This document shows, piece by piece, positions 42,924 to 53,260 of a DNA stretch of 64,000 bases (its first letter is position 1; each line of letters opens with the position of its first letter). The stretch covers positions 1,437 to 65,436 of the forward strand of contig DAOUPA010000001.1 in the NCBI GenBank assembly GCA_030626405.1, read 5' to 3'. The position numbers were made by a program, and so were the translations under genes. The notes under the pieces are model-generated. The model did no database searches and was not told the origin of the DNA. It worked only from the letters and a program-made list of their open reading frames with translations. Origin of the DNA: Planctomicrobium sp. (lineage in GTDB: Bacteria > Planctomycetota > Planctomycetia > Planctomycetales > Planctomycetaceae).

Positions 42924-43853
42924 ATGTCGTCAGTCGAAGTTGAACAACTTGAATTTCGCTACGGCGAACGAATTGCGCTTCGCGATGTGAACTTCACCGC
43001 TTCGGCAGGTGAAGTCTTTGGATTGCTCGGCCCCAACGGTGGTGGCAAATCGACTTTGTTTCGAATTCTTTCAACGTTGCTTCCAATCCAGAAAGGCCGC
43101 GCGGCAATCGCTGGACATGATGTTGCCAGCGAACCAGATGCCGTGCGACGATCCATCGGTGTGACGTTTCAGTCTCCCAGCTTGGATGGCAAATTGACTG
43201 TCCTCGAAAATCTTCGCCATCAAGGACATCTTTATGGTCTGTCTGGCGAGAATCTCAAGCTTCGCTGCTCGGAAGTGATGGATCAACTTGGCGTTGCTGA
43301 TCGAGCGAAAGACTATACGGAAAAACTCTCCGGAGGCCTCAAACGCCGAGTGGAAATCGCCAAGTGCCTGCTGCACGCTCCGAAAGTTCTGTTACTCGAT
43401 GAACCAAGTTCTGGTCTCGACCCCGGTGCCCGTCACGGTCTCTGGGAGATACTGCTTGGGCTACGCGAGAAATCAAACGTTACGATTCTGGTCACGACAC
43501 ATTTAATGGAAGAAGCGGACCGCTGTGATCGTCTGGGTGTGTTGGACAATGGGGAATTGATTGCATCCGGAACTCCAGACGAGTTGCGCTGCATGGTTGG
43601 CGGCGACAGTTTGACGATCCAAACAGAGAACCCTGAAGCACTCAAAACGAAACTACAAGAACGTTTTCAAGCTGAAGTCATTCAGCTTGGCGACTCCTTA
43701 CGTATTGAACGTGAAAACGGTCACGAACTGCTCGCTCAGATTGCGACCCAGTGCGAAGGGGAATTTCGAAGTTTAACCCTGGGGAAACCGACTCTGGAAG
43801 ATGTCTTCATCAAATTGACCGGACGGAACTTGTCCGCAGGAGAAGACGAATGA
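42924..43853 (+). CDS. ABC transporter ATP-binding protein (ABC-2 / DrrA-NosF-like)
   Basis: 309 aa. Walker A is GPNGGGKST, the signature is LSGGLKRR and Walker B is LLLDEPSSGLD. Confidence 0.9.
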   Translation: MSSVEVEQLEFRYGERIALRDVNFTASAGEVFGLLGPNGGGKSTLFRILSTLLPIQKGRAAIAGHDVASEPDAVRRSIGVTFQSPSLDGKLTVLENLRHQGHLYGLSGENLKLRCSEVMDQLGVADRAKDYTEKLSGGLKRRVEIAKCLLHAPKVLLLDEPSSGLDPGARHGLWEILLGLREKSNVTILVTTHLMEEADRCDRLGVLDNGELIASGTPDELRCMVGGDSLTIQTENPEALKTKLQERFQAEVIQLGDSLRIERENGHELLAQIATQCEGEFRSLTLGKPTLEDVFIKLTGRNLSAGEDE

Positions 43854-44707
43854 CGGCATCAAATCCAACAACCGGGCAAACGGCTTCAACCTCGCCTTTG
43901 TGGCTGGCAACCTGGACGCTTGCAGTGCGAGAAGTCGTTCGCTTTCTGCGTCAGCGATCACGACTCATTGGCGCCATTGGGCAACCGGTCGTCTTTTGGA
44001 TTTTGTTCGGTGCTGGTCTACAAGGCTCGTTTGCAATGCCAGGTAGCGAAGGCACCGATGCGCTCTCGTTTCAAGAATACTTTCTGCCTGGTGTCGCGGT
44101 TTTAATTGTGTTGTTCACATCGATCTTTTCTTCGATTTCGATCATTCAGGACCGGAACGAAGGATTCATGCAAGGAGTTCTTGTTGCGCCTGTTCCGCGA
44201 ACGTCAATCGTTCTCGGGAAGGTTCTAGGCGGAACGGCTCTGGCTTTATTTCAAGCGTTTTTGTTCCTCGCTGTCGCGCCACTTTTGCATTTCATCAATT
44301 TAGCTCCGGAAATGAGTTTGAATCTTTCCGCTGGCAGCATTGTTGCAGCAGCGATGTTTCTGTTCTGGATTTCACTGGGGCTCACCGCCTTGGGGTATCT
44401 GTTTGCCTGGAAGATCGACTCTGTGCAAGGGTACCACGGTGTGATGAGTGTCGTTCTGTTGCCGATGTGGTTGCTTTCGGGAGCATTTTTCCCCGGATCT
44501 GAAAGTCGCTGGATGTCACTGCTGATGAGTTTGAACCCGCTCACCTATGGTGTTGCTGGCTTGAGGCGAACGTTAGTTGTCGACCAACAACTTCTCGCTG
44601 ACTACCCTTCAATGATGGTGTGTGTTCTCGTGACGGTCGGCTTTGCGGTCGCGTGCCTGAGCATCGACATCTGGATCACAAGACGAGACCCGGCGGTGGC
44701 GTCATGA
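43850..44707 (+). CDS. ABC-2 type transporter permease
   Basis: 285 aa from ATG 43850, which forms an ATGA overlap with the ATPase stop. It has 6 TM helices and the ABC-2 pattern (REVVRFLRQRSRLIGAIGQP...). Confidence 0.8.
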   Translation: MTASNPTTGQTASTSPLWLATWTLAVREVVRFLRQRSRLIGAIGQPVVFWILFGAGLQGSFAMPGSEGTDALSFQEYFLPGVAVLIVLFTSIFSSISIIQDRNEGFMQGVLVAPVPRTSIVLGKVLGGTALALFQAFLFLAVAPLLHFINLAPEMSLNLSAGSIVAAAMFLFWISLGLTALGYLFAWKIDSVQGYHGVMSVVLLPMWLLSGAFFPGSESRWMSLLMSLNPLTYGVAGLRRTLVVDQQLLADYPSMMVCVLVTVGFAVACLSIDIWITRRDPAVAS

Positions 44708-45900
44708 AAAAACAATTAACTGTCATTCAATTGATTCTTCTTGCACTCGTGTTGTTGGTGAATTCGCCAGTAACGTTTGCTCAGGATGATGTCACCATCA
44801 GGCCCGGAGAAGAACTTCCTCCAACCTACCGACTGAATACGTTTGATGAACCTCGGCTCTGGAACCCCGACGAAGTTGATGATTTCACCCTTCTCGATCA
44901 AACCGGGAAGCCTTTTACGAAACAGGATTTACTCGGCAAGCCATGGATCGTGAATTTCATTTTTGCCCGCTGTCCACACCAGTGCCCGATGACTTCTCGA
45001 ATGATGATGGAGTTCGACAAGACCGTTTCCAACGTCGATATGCGGATGGTCACAATCACTGTCGATCCGGAACACGATGACGTTGATGTGATGCAAAGAT
45101 ACGCCGAAATCTGGGGTGCCGAACCACCGAGATGGCTGTTCGGAACCGGAGAACCAGAGGAAGTCTGGAAACTCATCCGCGAAGGTTTTAAGGTTTCAAC
45201 CTGGAAAAACGTCGGCACTGCAAGTAGCCCAGGAATGGAGTTCGCCCACGACAACAATATCATTCATATTGGAGCCACCGGAAAAATTCTCGGTCGGTAC
45301 GATTCCACTGACCCAAAGGAAATGTCAACACTCCGCAGAGTCCTCAAAGGCCAGATCGAAACACCTGAGAAATTTCAACCAGCGGTCATCGAAGCGAGAG
45401 AAGCTCAAGAGAAGACTGTCCTTGAGTATGTCAAAAGCGTCAAAGTTGATCCGTTTGAGAAACTCCCACGGTGGGCCAAAAAATTGCCAGCGACAAACGC
45501 CATGCTGAACGCTCTGGCAACGTTGCTGCTTCTTATCGGCTTCTCCGCGATCAAAGCCAAGCAGGTCAGTCTACACAAGAAAATGATGCTGTACGCCTTT
45601 GGAATATCGTGCGTATTTCTGATTTCATACCTGACGTATCACTATGCTCTGCACCACTATACTGGTCTACGGGGGAAGCCTTTTGAGCAAACGGGTACGA
45701 TAAAAACCGTTTATTACTCAATTCTCATCAGCCATGTCATTCTGGCCGCATTGGTCCCTATTCTGGCATTGGTGACAATCGTCAAAGGTTTGAGGCAGAA
45801 CTGGGATTCTCATCGCCGGTGGGCAAAAGTGACTTTCCCGATATGGCTGTACGTTTCCGTGACAGGCGTTATCATTTACTGGATGTTGTACAAGCTCTGA
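44704..45900 (+). CDS. SCO1/SenC copper chaperone fused to a DUF420 (CtaM-like) membrane domain
   Basis: 398 aa from ATG 44704, which forms an ATGA overlap with the upstream stop. The order is signal peptide, thioredoxin-fold SCO motif (FIFARCPHQCP with a downstream His), then four C-terminal TM helices of DUF420 type. Confidence 0.8.
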   Translation: MKKQLTVIQLILLALVLLVNSPVTFAQDDVTIRPGEELPPTYRLNTFDEPRLWNPDEVDDFTLLDQTGKPFTKQDLLGKPWIVNFIFARCPHQCPMTSRMMMEFDKTVSNVDMRMVTITVDPEHDDVDVMQRYAEIWGAEPPRWLFGTGEPEEVWKLIREGFKVSTWKNVGTASSPGMEFAHDNNIIHIGATGKILGRYDSTDPKEMSTLRRVLKGQIETPEKFQPAVIEAREAQEKTVLEYVKSVKVDPFEKLPRWAKKLPATNAMLNALATLLLLIGFSAIKAKQVSLHKKMMLYAFGISCVFLISYLTYHYALHHYTGLRGKPFEQTGTIKTVYYSILISHVILAALVPILALVTIVKGLRQNWDSHRRWAKVTFPIWLYVSVTGVIIYWMLYKL

Positions 45901-45932
45901 ACTAATTTTCTTCAGAGCAAACAGGTGATTTT

Positions 45933-46214
45933 ATGAAGAAGCAAATTCGAATTCTGCTCGTCGCGCTCGTACTATCGAGCGGTTTCGTTGCAGCGTCTCC
46001 TGCGGATGCCTGCCCTATGTGCCAGGTCGCTAATGAAGACGACACAAATGCCGCCGCGATGGCGCGACCTCGCGCGTACATGTACAGCATTCTCTTCATG
46101 CTGGCGATGCCTGCGTCGCTGTTCACTGTATTTGGAATTTCGTTTTATCGATTGTCTCAAAAGCGAACAGCAATGAACGAAGAACTTTTGGCGGCCACTC
46201 ACTCAGAACAGTAG
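45933..46214 (+). CDS. Small secreted/membrane-anchored CPMC-motif protein
   Basis: 93 aa with a signal peptide, ACPMCQ, a C-terminal TM helix and a short cytoplasmic tail. It lies 33 nt downstream of the SCO1 fusion. I did not recognise a family. Confidence 0.5.
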   Translation: MKKQIRILLVALVLSSGFVAASPADACPMCQVANEDDTNAAAMARPRAYMYSILFMLAMPASLFTVFGISFYRLSQKRTAMNEELLAATHSEQ

Positions 46215-46620
46215 TCTTTTGCCAAATTTCCATTCAAGAAAATTGGCTTTGGCGGAGTTTCTTTGAGCAATGCCTCGGTCATCAGACTCTCAGCGGGCGG
46301 ACTTCATCAGCAGATAGCCGAAGACGAGCACACCCACGAGTATCATTCCATATCGCGCCGGGGTGAGGTTATCCCAGAAGTCGTAGGCGTATCTCTGGTA
46401 CGTTCGCATGTATTGCGTGAATGACAATGCCAGAATTGGGAACATCGAAGGTGCCTTGGTTGGACCACGGGTGAGGGGGAATCTCTCATTCAAAACCTAC
46501 GTCACCGTTGAGGTCAGGCAACATCTTTCCTCCCAATCTTCGTTCGCTTTTCATGAACAATCCGCTCAAACGTTACGACCCTTTCTCAACACTGCCGCTG
46601 GACCATAATAGCTGGAGTTT

Positions 46621-47967
<1,347 letters not shown>

Positions 47968-48158
47968 GGTGCGGCTATTGTAGACCGGTGAGATTCACAG
48001 GAACACTCGAAAACGATCTCTCCGGAAACTCTGAGTTTGAAATCGCTTCGCCAAAATTCCTCTTCTCACGAACGGGTCTGTTAGCGATACTTCAAAATCT
48101 CACGCAAAAAAACAAATCGAGCAATAATTGCGATTCACTTTTTAGTCAAGGAAGAAAA

Positions 48159-48602
48159 ATGTCCATCAAGACTCCACAGTTTGTGATCATTATGATCCTG
48201 AGTGTTGTGTGCGTATTACTAGGGAACGGCATGCTTGCCGATGAAAAGTCGAAAGTGAAACCGATTCCGACAGAGTCGAAGAACGAAAAGATTCGGCGGG
48301 CCATGTCGAAAAAAATGACCCATACGCAGAACGTTTTCAAGGGCTTGGTGATGAACGATATGGAGATGGTTTCTCGGGCTGCGTCGTCACTGAAGAAGAT
48401 TTCAATTGAGGCTCCGGAAGACCTTGAAGGAAACGACATCGACAATCAACTCTACGACCACTTCAATCTGGAGTTCATTCGGCTCACAACTCAACTCGAA
48501 GAAATGGCAATCAAAAAAAATCCTGAGGGGGTTGCATTCGTCTATCAGAACTTGACAGCCAACTGCATGGCATGCCACAGATATCTTTCCGATCTTGAGT
48601 AA
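48159..48602 (+). CDS. Class II cytochrome c (cytochrome c-prime / c556-like four-helix bundle)
   Basis: 147 aa from ATG 48159, preceded by AAGGAAG. It has a signal peptide and a single CxxCH (CMACH) about 10 residues from the C-terminus, as in class II cytochromes. Confidence 0.65.
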   Translation: MSIKTPQFVIIMILSVVCVLLGNGMLADEKSKVKPIPTESKNEKIRRAMSKKMTHTQNVFKGLVMNDMEMVSRAASSLKKISIEAPEDLEGNDIDNQLYDHFNLEFIRLTTQLEEMAIKKNPEGVAFVYQNLTANCMACHRYLSDLE

Positions 48603-48621
48603 AGTCGTTCACACGACGATT

Positions 48622-49806
48622 TCAATGAGTGATAGATGCGGTCGCCGTTTTGCTCTTTTTCCAGTCTGCAATTTTGTTTTGAGCGGCCTTGTAGGAGTCA
48701 AGTGTTTCGCTATCCACAACGCAGCGAAATCCATTGTGGAAACTGCTGGACATCACTTCGCCTGCCATGCGTGCTCCCGACCGGTAGCCGGTGCAACTGT
48801 TCGTGTTGCACATGAACGAGCCTCCACGTTGAACACGTTTGATCAAACCAGGTTCGCGGGCATCAAAACTTTCGAGCGGTCCTTTGGGATTGCGTTTTGG
48901 AGAAACCTGGTAATAGGTGGAGTGGAAGTAATCTGCGCACCACTCCCAGACATTACCTGCCATGTCGTAGAGACCTAATTCATTCGGCGGGTAGGCCTTC
49001 ACTGGCGAACTCGTTTGAAACCCATCTTTAACAAGCCGGTCCATCGGGAACTCTCCCTGCCAGTAATTGGCGAGGTACTTCCCATCTGGGTTGAGTTCAT
49101 TTCCCCAGAAGTACTTCACAGGCTTTCCACCACTTCTGGCGGCATATTCAAATTCTGCTTCGGTGGGAAGACGCTTTCCTGCCCACTTGCAATAGGCGAC
49201 AGCATCGTCCCAAGTCACATGAACCACAGGGTGCTCCAATCGATCATCGATATTTGAATCTGGTCCATCAGGGTGTCGCCAATTCGCTCCGTCGACAACT
49301 GCCCAGACTTGATACTCCCAACCGGTGACGCCGGTAACGAGATTCTTCCTGTCAAATTCACAGTTAAAAACAATCGATCCCGGCTTCAATGCCTCGTCTG
49401 GGATGAGTGTCGGATCGATTCCTCCTTTGGCGAAATCGTCACGAGTCGGCGTGCTTTCGGCGAAAGTGACATAACCTGTCATCTCTGTGAATTCCAGGTA
49501 TTCTCGATTCGTGACGGGGGTTTCGTCCATCCAGAATCCATCCAGTTCCACAGTATGAGCCGGGTATTCATCCGGCTTGATGCGATCTGGATTCGGGTCA
49601 TTGGGAGTTGGGAAGTAATCTGTTCCCATTATGAAACTACCTTCCGGTACCCAGACCATCTCTTCGAGAGAAATCGACTCGGGGGCTTCTGAGCCAAAGC
49701 CAGTTGTTGCAACTGATGGATCTAAGCTGGTGGAAAGAAGAACCGCCGCAATAAGAAGTGCTGCCAGAACGCAACTTCCAACAACAAGAAGGTAAATTTT
49801 CTTCAT
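48622..49806 (-). CDS. Formylglycine-generating enzyme (FGE/SUMF1) family protein
   Basis: 394 aa with an N-terminal TM/signal. Motifs: PVTNREY, HPVVHVTWDDA, GNVWEWCADY, RVQRGGSF. Confidence 0.9.
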   Translation of the reverse strand: MKKIYLLVVGSCVLAALLIAAVLLSTSLDPSVATTGFGSEAPESISLEEMVWVPEGSFIMGTDYFPTPNDPNPDRIKPDEYPAHTVELDGFWMDETPVTNREYLEFTEMTGYVTFAESTPTRDDFAKGGIDPTLIPDEALKPGSIVFNCEFDRKNLVTGVTGWEYQVWAVVDGANWRHPDGPDSNIDDRLEHPVVHVTWDDAVAYCKWAGKRLPTEAEFEYAARSGGKPVKYFWGNELNPDGKYLANYWQGEFPMDRLVKDGFQTSSPVKAYPPNELGLYDMAGNVWEWCADYFHSTYYQVSPKRNPKGPLESFDAREPGLIKRVQRGGSFMCNTNSCTGYRSGARMAGEVMSSSFHNGFRCVVDSETLDSYKAAQNKIADWKKSKTATASITH

Positions 49807-50036
49807 CGAGATTCACTGAATTCGAGTAAATAAAAATCGTGAGTCGAACACTTTGTACAGTGCCGCTAAATTCTCGGAACACCATCCGTGTCCCTTCCCA
49901 TGATACGCGCTGGAAACGCAAATGTCGCCTGCATTCGTGTATTCCCAGGGTTGGAGGGCATTTCTGAATTCTGGGAGAATCGATTAGGATAGCTACCGTA
50001 AGTTTCCCTACTACCAAATTTTCAGGAGCGTACCAG

Positions 50037-50729
50037 GTGAACGACGATCCCAAGTACCAATCTGGTGAACCTCCAGGGCCACCTGACAGCAACGATGCCG
50101 ACATCATCATTAGTTCAGATACTTGTCGTGAGAATCGAATTCCACCTGGACAATCACGAACTCGAAAGTGGCCGGTTCTGCATTACGGGACCGTTCCGAA
50201 AATCGATACTGGGAAATGGAAGCTCAAAATCACAGGACTTGTCGAGACCCCACTGGAGTTTTCACTCGAAGAATTTCGTTCGCTGCCGCGTGTTCAGGTT
50301 TTCTCCGATTTCCACTGCGTGACGCAATGGTCTCGGTTGGGAAATCTCTGGGAGGGCGTTTCAGTACGGGAGATCATGCGTCTTGCAGGTGTCAGTACCG
50401 AGGCAAAGTTCGTTGTGGCAGAAGGGTGCGATTCCGGTTGGACGACGAACTTACCAATCGAAGACTTCGACGTGGAAGATGCCCTCTTTGTAGATCGACA
50501 CGATGGCGAAGAGATTGATGCCGATCATGGTGGACCTGTGCGATTGGTTGTTCCACGATTGTACGCTTGGAAAAGTGCGAAATGGGTTCGCAAAATCACC
50601 TTCGTCACTGACGATGCTCCCGGCTACTGGGAGCAAGTTGGCTACCACTTACATGGTGATCCATGGGTCGTGAATGAGAAGAACCCGGATGGCGAACGCT
50701 TTCGTGATGACCCAGGCTGGAATGGGTAA
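50037..50729 (+). CDS. Small molybdopterin-dependent oxidoreductase (sulfite-oxidase fold, YuiH-like)
   Basis: 230 aa. Motifs: DFHCVTQWS, GGPVRLVVPRLYAWKSAKWV. No signal peptide is evident. The start is GTG. Confidence 0.8.
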   Translation: MNDDPKYQSGEPPGPPDSNDADIIISSDTCRENRIPPGQSRTRKWPVLHYGTVPKIDTGKWKLKITGLVETPLEFSLEEFRSLPRVQVFSDFHCVTQWSRLGNLWEGVSVREIMRLAGVSTEAKFVVAEGCDSGWTTNLPIEDFDVEDALFVDRHDGEEIDADHGGPVRLVVPRLYAWKSAKWVRKITFVTDDAPGYWEQVGYHLHGDPWVVNEKNPDGERFRDDPGWNG

Positions 50730-51043
50730 CACAGGAGTTCATCAACCTCAATCAACGGGAAGTTTTGATTATACCGGTCGTTCCGCATCTCCCGATGGTG
50801 CCTCGGTTATGACATCAACAAGGTGAATTCGCTTCTGCAAATTCGGAAAAACAGGAAGTCGAATCATAGGTTTGCGATCAAACCGTGAAAGTGAAACTGT
50901 TCGCTCATCACTCTGGTGCGATATCATCGAAAATTAATCTGGAGAGTTCTCTCGAACATCCAGTTTGACCTCCACTGATTTAGTATGGATAATCGAACTT
51001 ACGTCTCTCCTTATCTTGCATTCCGATTGAGAATGGCTGCCGA

Positions 51044-51814
51044 ATGAAACTTTCAACTCAATTTCTTGTGATCACTGTCTCACTGCTGGTCATTTCTCTC
51101 GAATCTCAAGCACAAGTGACGCGGGGATTTGATCGACAAATTCCGGCGACGGCACTGAATGCTGAAGTCGTTCGACAACCTTCATTGCAAGTGATGCAGG
51201 TGGAAATCAAACCTGTGCGAATTGCCTGGACCGAAGTTGCTGATCCGGTTTCTGGTGAAATGAAGAGGAGCCAAGTTTGGTATTTGGTCTGGAGAGCGAT
51301 CAACCGACCAGTTCGAAAACGACCAGCCAACGACATTCTGGCAGTCAATAAGCTCGATCCATTGCCGGGTCCATTGCAGTTCATGCCAGAATTTACATTG
51401 ATCACTTACGACAATCCTGAAACCGAGATTCCGAACCAGATTCTCCCGGACCGAATTATTCCTGAAGCAATGAAAGAGATCGAAAGAATTGAGCGAGTGC
51501 GACTCAACAATACGGTTTCTGCCATTCAAGACTTCCCTCAAATCGTCGATCCCGAAGCTGAGAAGCAACCCTGGATTTACGGAGTTGCGACTTGGTCGAA
51601 TGTTGATCCGAAAACAGATTTTTTCAAAGTGATCATGCACGGATTTTCGAATGGATATGAGAATCGAGGAACGGTTGAGCAACCGGAACTGTGGCGAAAA
51701 GTTGTCATCCAAAGATTCTTTCGCCCTGGCGATGAATTCGACCCGAACCAGAAAGAGTTCCAGTTTAAAGACGCGCCGGAATGGACCTACCAACCGGACC
51801 GATCAAAGAAATAG
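51044..51814 (+). CDS. Secreted protein of unknown function
   Basis: 256 aa with a clear signal peptide (LLVISLESQAQ). I saw no recognisable motifs. A strong terminator follows. Confidence 0.55.
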   Translation: MKLSTQFLVITVSLLVISLESQAQVTRGFDRQIPATALNAEVVRQPSLQVMQVEIKPVRIAWTEVADPVSGEMKRSQVWYLVWRAINRPVRKRPANDILAVNKLDPLPGPLQFMPEFTLITYDNPETEIPNQILPDRIIPEAMKEIERIERVRLNNTVSAIQDFPQIVDPEAEKQPWIYGVATWSNVDPKTDFFKVIMHGFSNGYENRGTVEQPELWRKVVIQRFFRPGDEFDPNQKEFQFKDAPEWTYQPDRSKK

Positions 51815-51844
51815 AAAGTTGCTCGATGAGTAACAACATGAAAA

Positions 51845-51883
51845 GCCTGGCATTATCAAAATGCTGGGCTTTTTTCTTTTTTG
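51845..51883 (+). terminator. Rho-independent terminator
   Basis: A 9-bp stem (GCCTGGCAT / ATGCTGGGC, with two G:U pairs) and a 7-nt loop, followed by TTTTTTCTTTTTTG. It is preceded by AAAA, so it could act on both strands. Confidence 0.7.
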
Positions 51884-51958
51884 TTGCAGAGTCCTCCCTG
51901 GCATTAAATAGCCTGGAAGACATCTTGGAGAGCGACCTACCTGCTCAAACATCTCACT

Positions 51959-53260
51959 CTACTTCTTCAGATGAGGAGTGTGTTGCTCTTTATCGAGTTC
52001 TTCAACTTCGACCTGAATTGATCCTCTTGGGCCACCTCCCTGAACAACTCGGAATCGATATTTTTCCCAAATCGACTCATCTCCGATTTCAGGAAACCTC
52101 TCCAAATCCTCGTGCATGAGCCCAACAATCGTTGAAAGCCCGTCCTCTCCCGGTTCGTAATCGACATCAAACCATTGAGACAGATACCGAAGAGTCGTCA
52201 CTCCTTCGGCAATGATTTTTCCATTCGGAAGCTGATGAATCGGCTCTCGATCAAGGAGCCGCCGGGCACGGCTCGACTGAGGGTCGAGCAACGTATCTAA
52301 GATATCGTCCTCTGTAATGACTCCAATTGACTCTCCGTACTCGTTCACGACGACTGCAACGCTGACAAGATTCCCTCTCAACCGAGAAAGCGTTTCTGCC
52401 ACTGTTGTGCACCAGGGAACGTAAGTCACAACTTCTGCAATCGACTCAAAATTCTCAACTGGAAGAGAACTAATTTCGGCCAGAGAAATTGCATTGGTCA
52501 CAGTATCGCGGTCTTCCTGACCCAGGAATAAATATGCACTGCTCTCACACTGTGAGAGTAACTGCTGCTTTGACAGAGGTGGAAGGAAAACATCATAGGA
52601 GCCACGTGGTCGCATCAGTTCTTCGGCGGTCATTTCAGAGAGATGAAGAATCCGACCTAGAATTTTCTGTTCAAGTTGAACAAGGTCATTCTCGAGTTCG
52701 GATGTTTCAATGGCTTTCTCTATGTCGTCCACTTCCAGATACGGTTCCGGCTTCAAATGAGGCCAGATGGCTCTCCGCAATCCGCGCGTTGTTGCTCCGA
52801 GAATTGGAAGAATCGGGTCGAGAATTCGCGAAGCCACAGCCAAAGGCCAACTTGCCCAGACGGCGATCGTCCGTCTGAGAATCACGGCGATACTCTTCGG
52901 TGCAACTTCTCCCAGCAGAATCATCACGAGGAGAGCCCCAACACTAAGAACCCCCGCAGCGGTATTCGCGTTGGCGTCGACCAAGCCCTTGGCGGTAATA
53001 ATACTGACGGAGAAGTACGTCAGGTTGATGACAAGATTCCAGAATAAAACAACCGTCAGTAGTCGATCAGGGTTTCGCATTAATTGCGCGGCCAGTCGCG
53101 CACTCGATCCTCCGAATTGGAGCCGTCTTAATTCTTCTCGTGAAAGGTAGAACAGAGTGGTTTCGGATCCTGAAAAGAAACCTGACGCCATGATCAAAAT
53201 GCTCATGACGATCACACCTGGAAGCCAGAGATCCACCGTGGCAGCGAGTTCGTTCATCAC
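51959..53260 (-). CDS. HlyC/CorC (CNNM) family transporter: DUF21 + CBS pair + CorC_HlyC
   Basis: 433 aa. It has an N-terminal 4-TM DUF21 domain (GFFSGSETTLF), a CBS region and a C-terminal transporter-associated domain. Confidence 0.88.
   Translation of the reverse strand: MMNELAATVDLWLPGVIVMSILIMASGFFSGSETTLFYLSREELRRLQFGGSSARLAAQLMRNPDRLLTVVLFWNLVINLTYFSVSIITAKGLVDANANTAAGVLSVGALLVMILLGEVAPKSIAVILRRTIAVWASWPLAVASRILDPILPILGATTRGLRRAIWPHLKPEPYLEVDDIEKAIETSELENDLVQLEQKILGRILHLSEMTAEELMRPRGSYDVFLPPLSKQQLLSQCESSAYLFLGQEDRDTVTNAISLAEISSLPVENFESIAEVVTYVPWCTTVAETLSRLRGNLVSVAVVVNEYGESIGVITEDDILDTLLDPQSSRARRLLDREPIHQLPNGKIIAEGVTTLRYLSQWFDVDYEPGEDGLSTIVGLMHEDLERFPEIGDESIWEKYRFRVVQGGGPRGSIQVEVEELDKEQHTPHLKK

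Noticed and set aside
46290-46540. A small minus-strand ORF (67 aa from TTG 46493, or 51 aa from ATG 46445) has one C-terminal TM helix. It is preceded by a GGGAGG-ATG 12-codon mini-ORF.
   Set aside because: There are no family motifs and only a weak RBS for the ATG start. It sits in the gap downstream of uvrC and could be chance. I note it as a candidate small membrane protein only. It would need conservation or Ribo-seq support.
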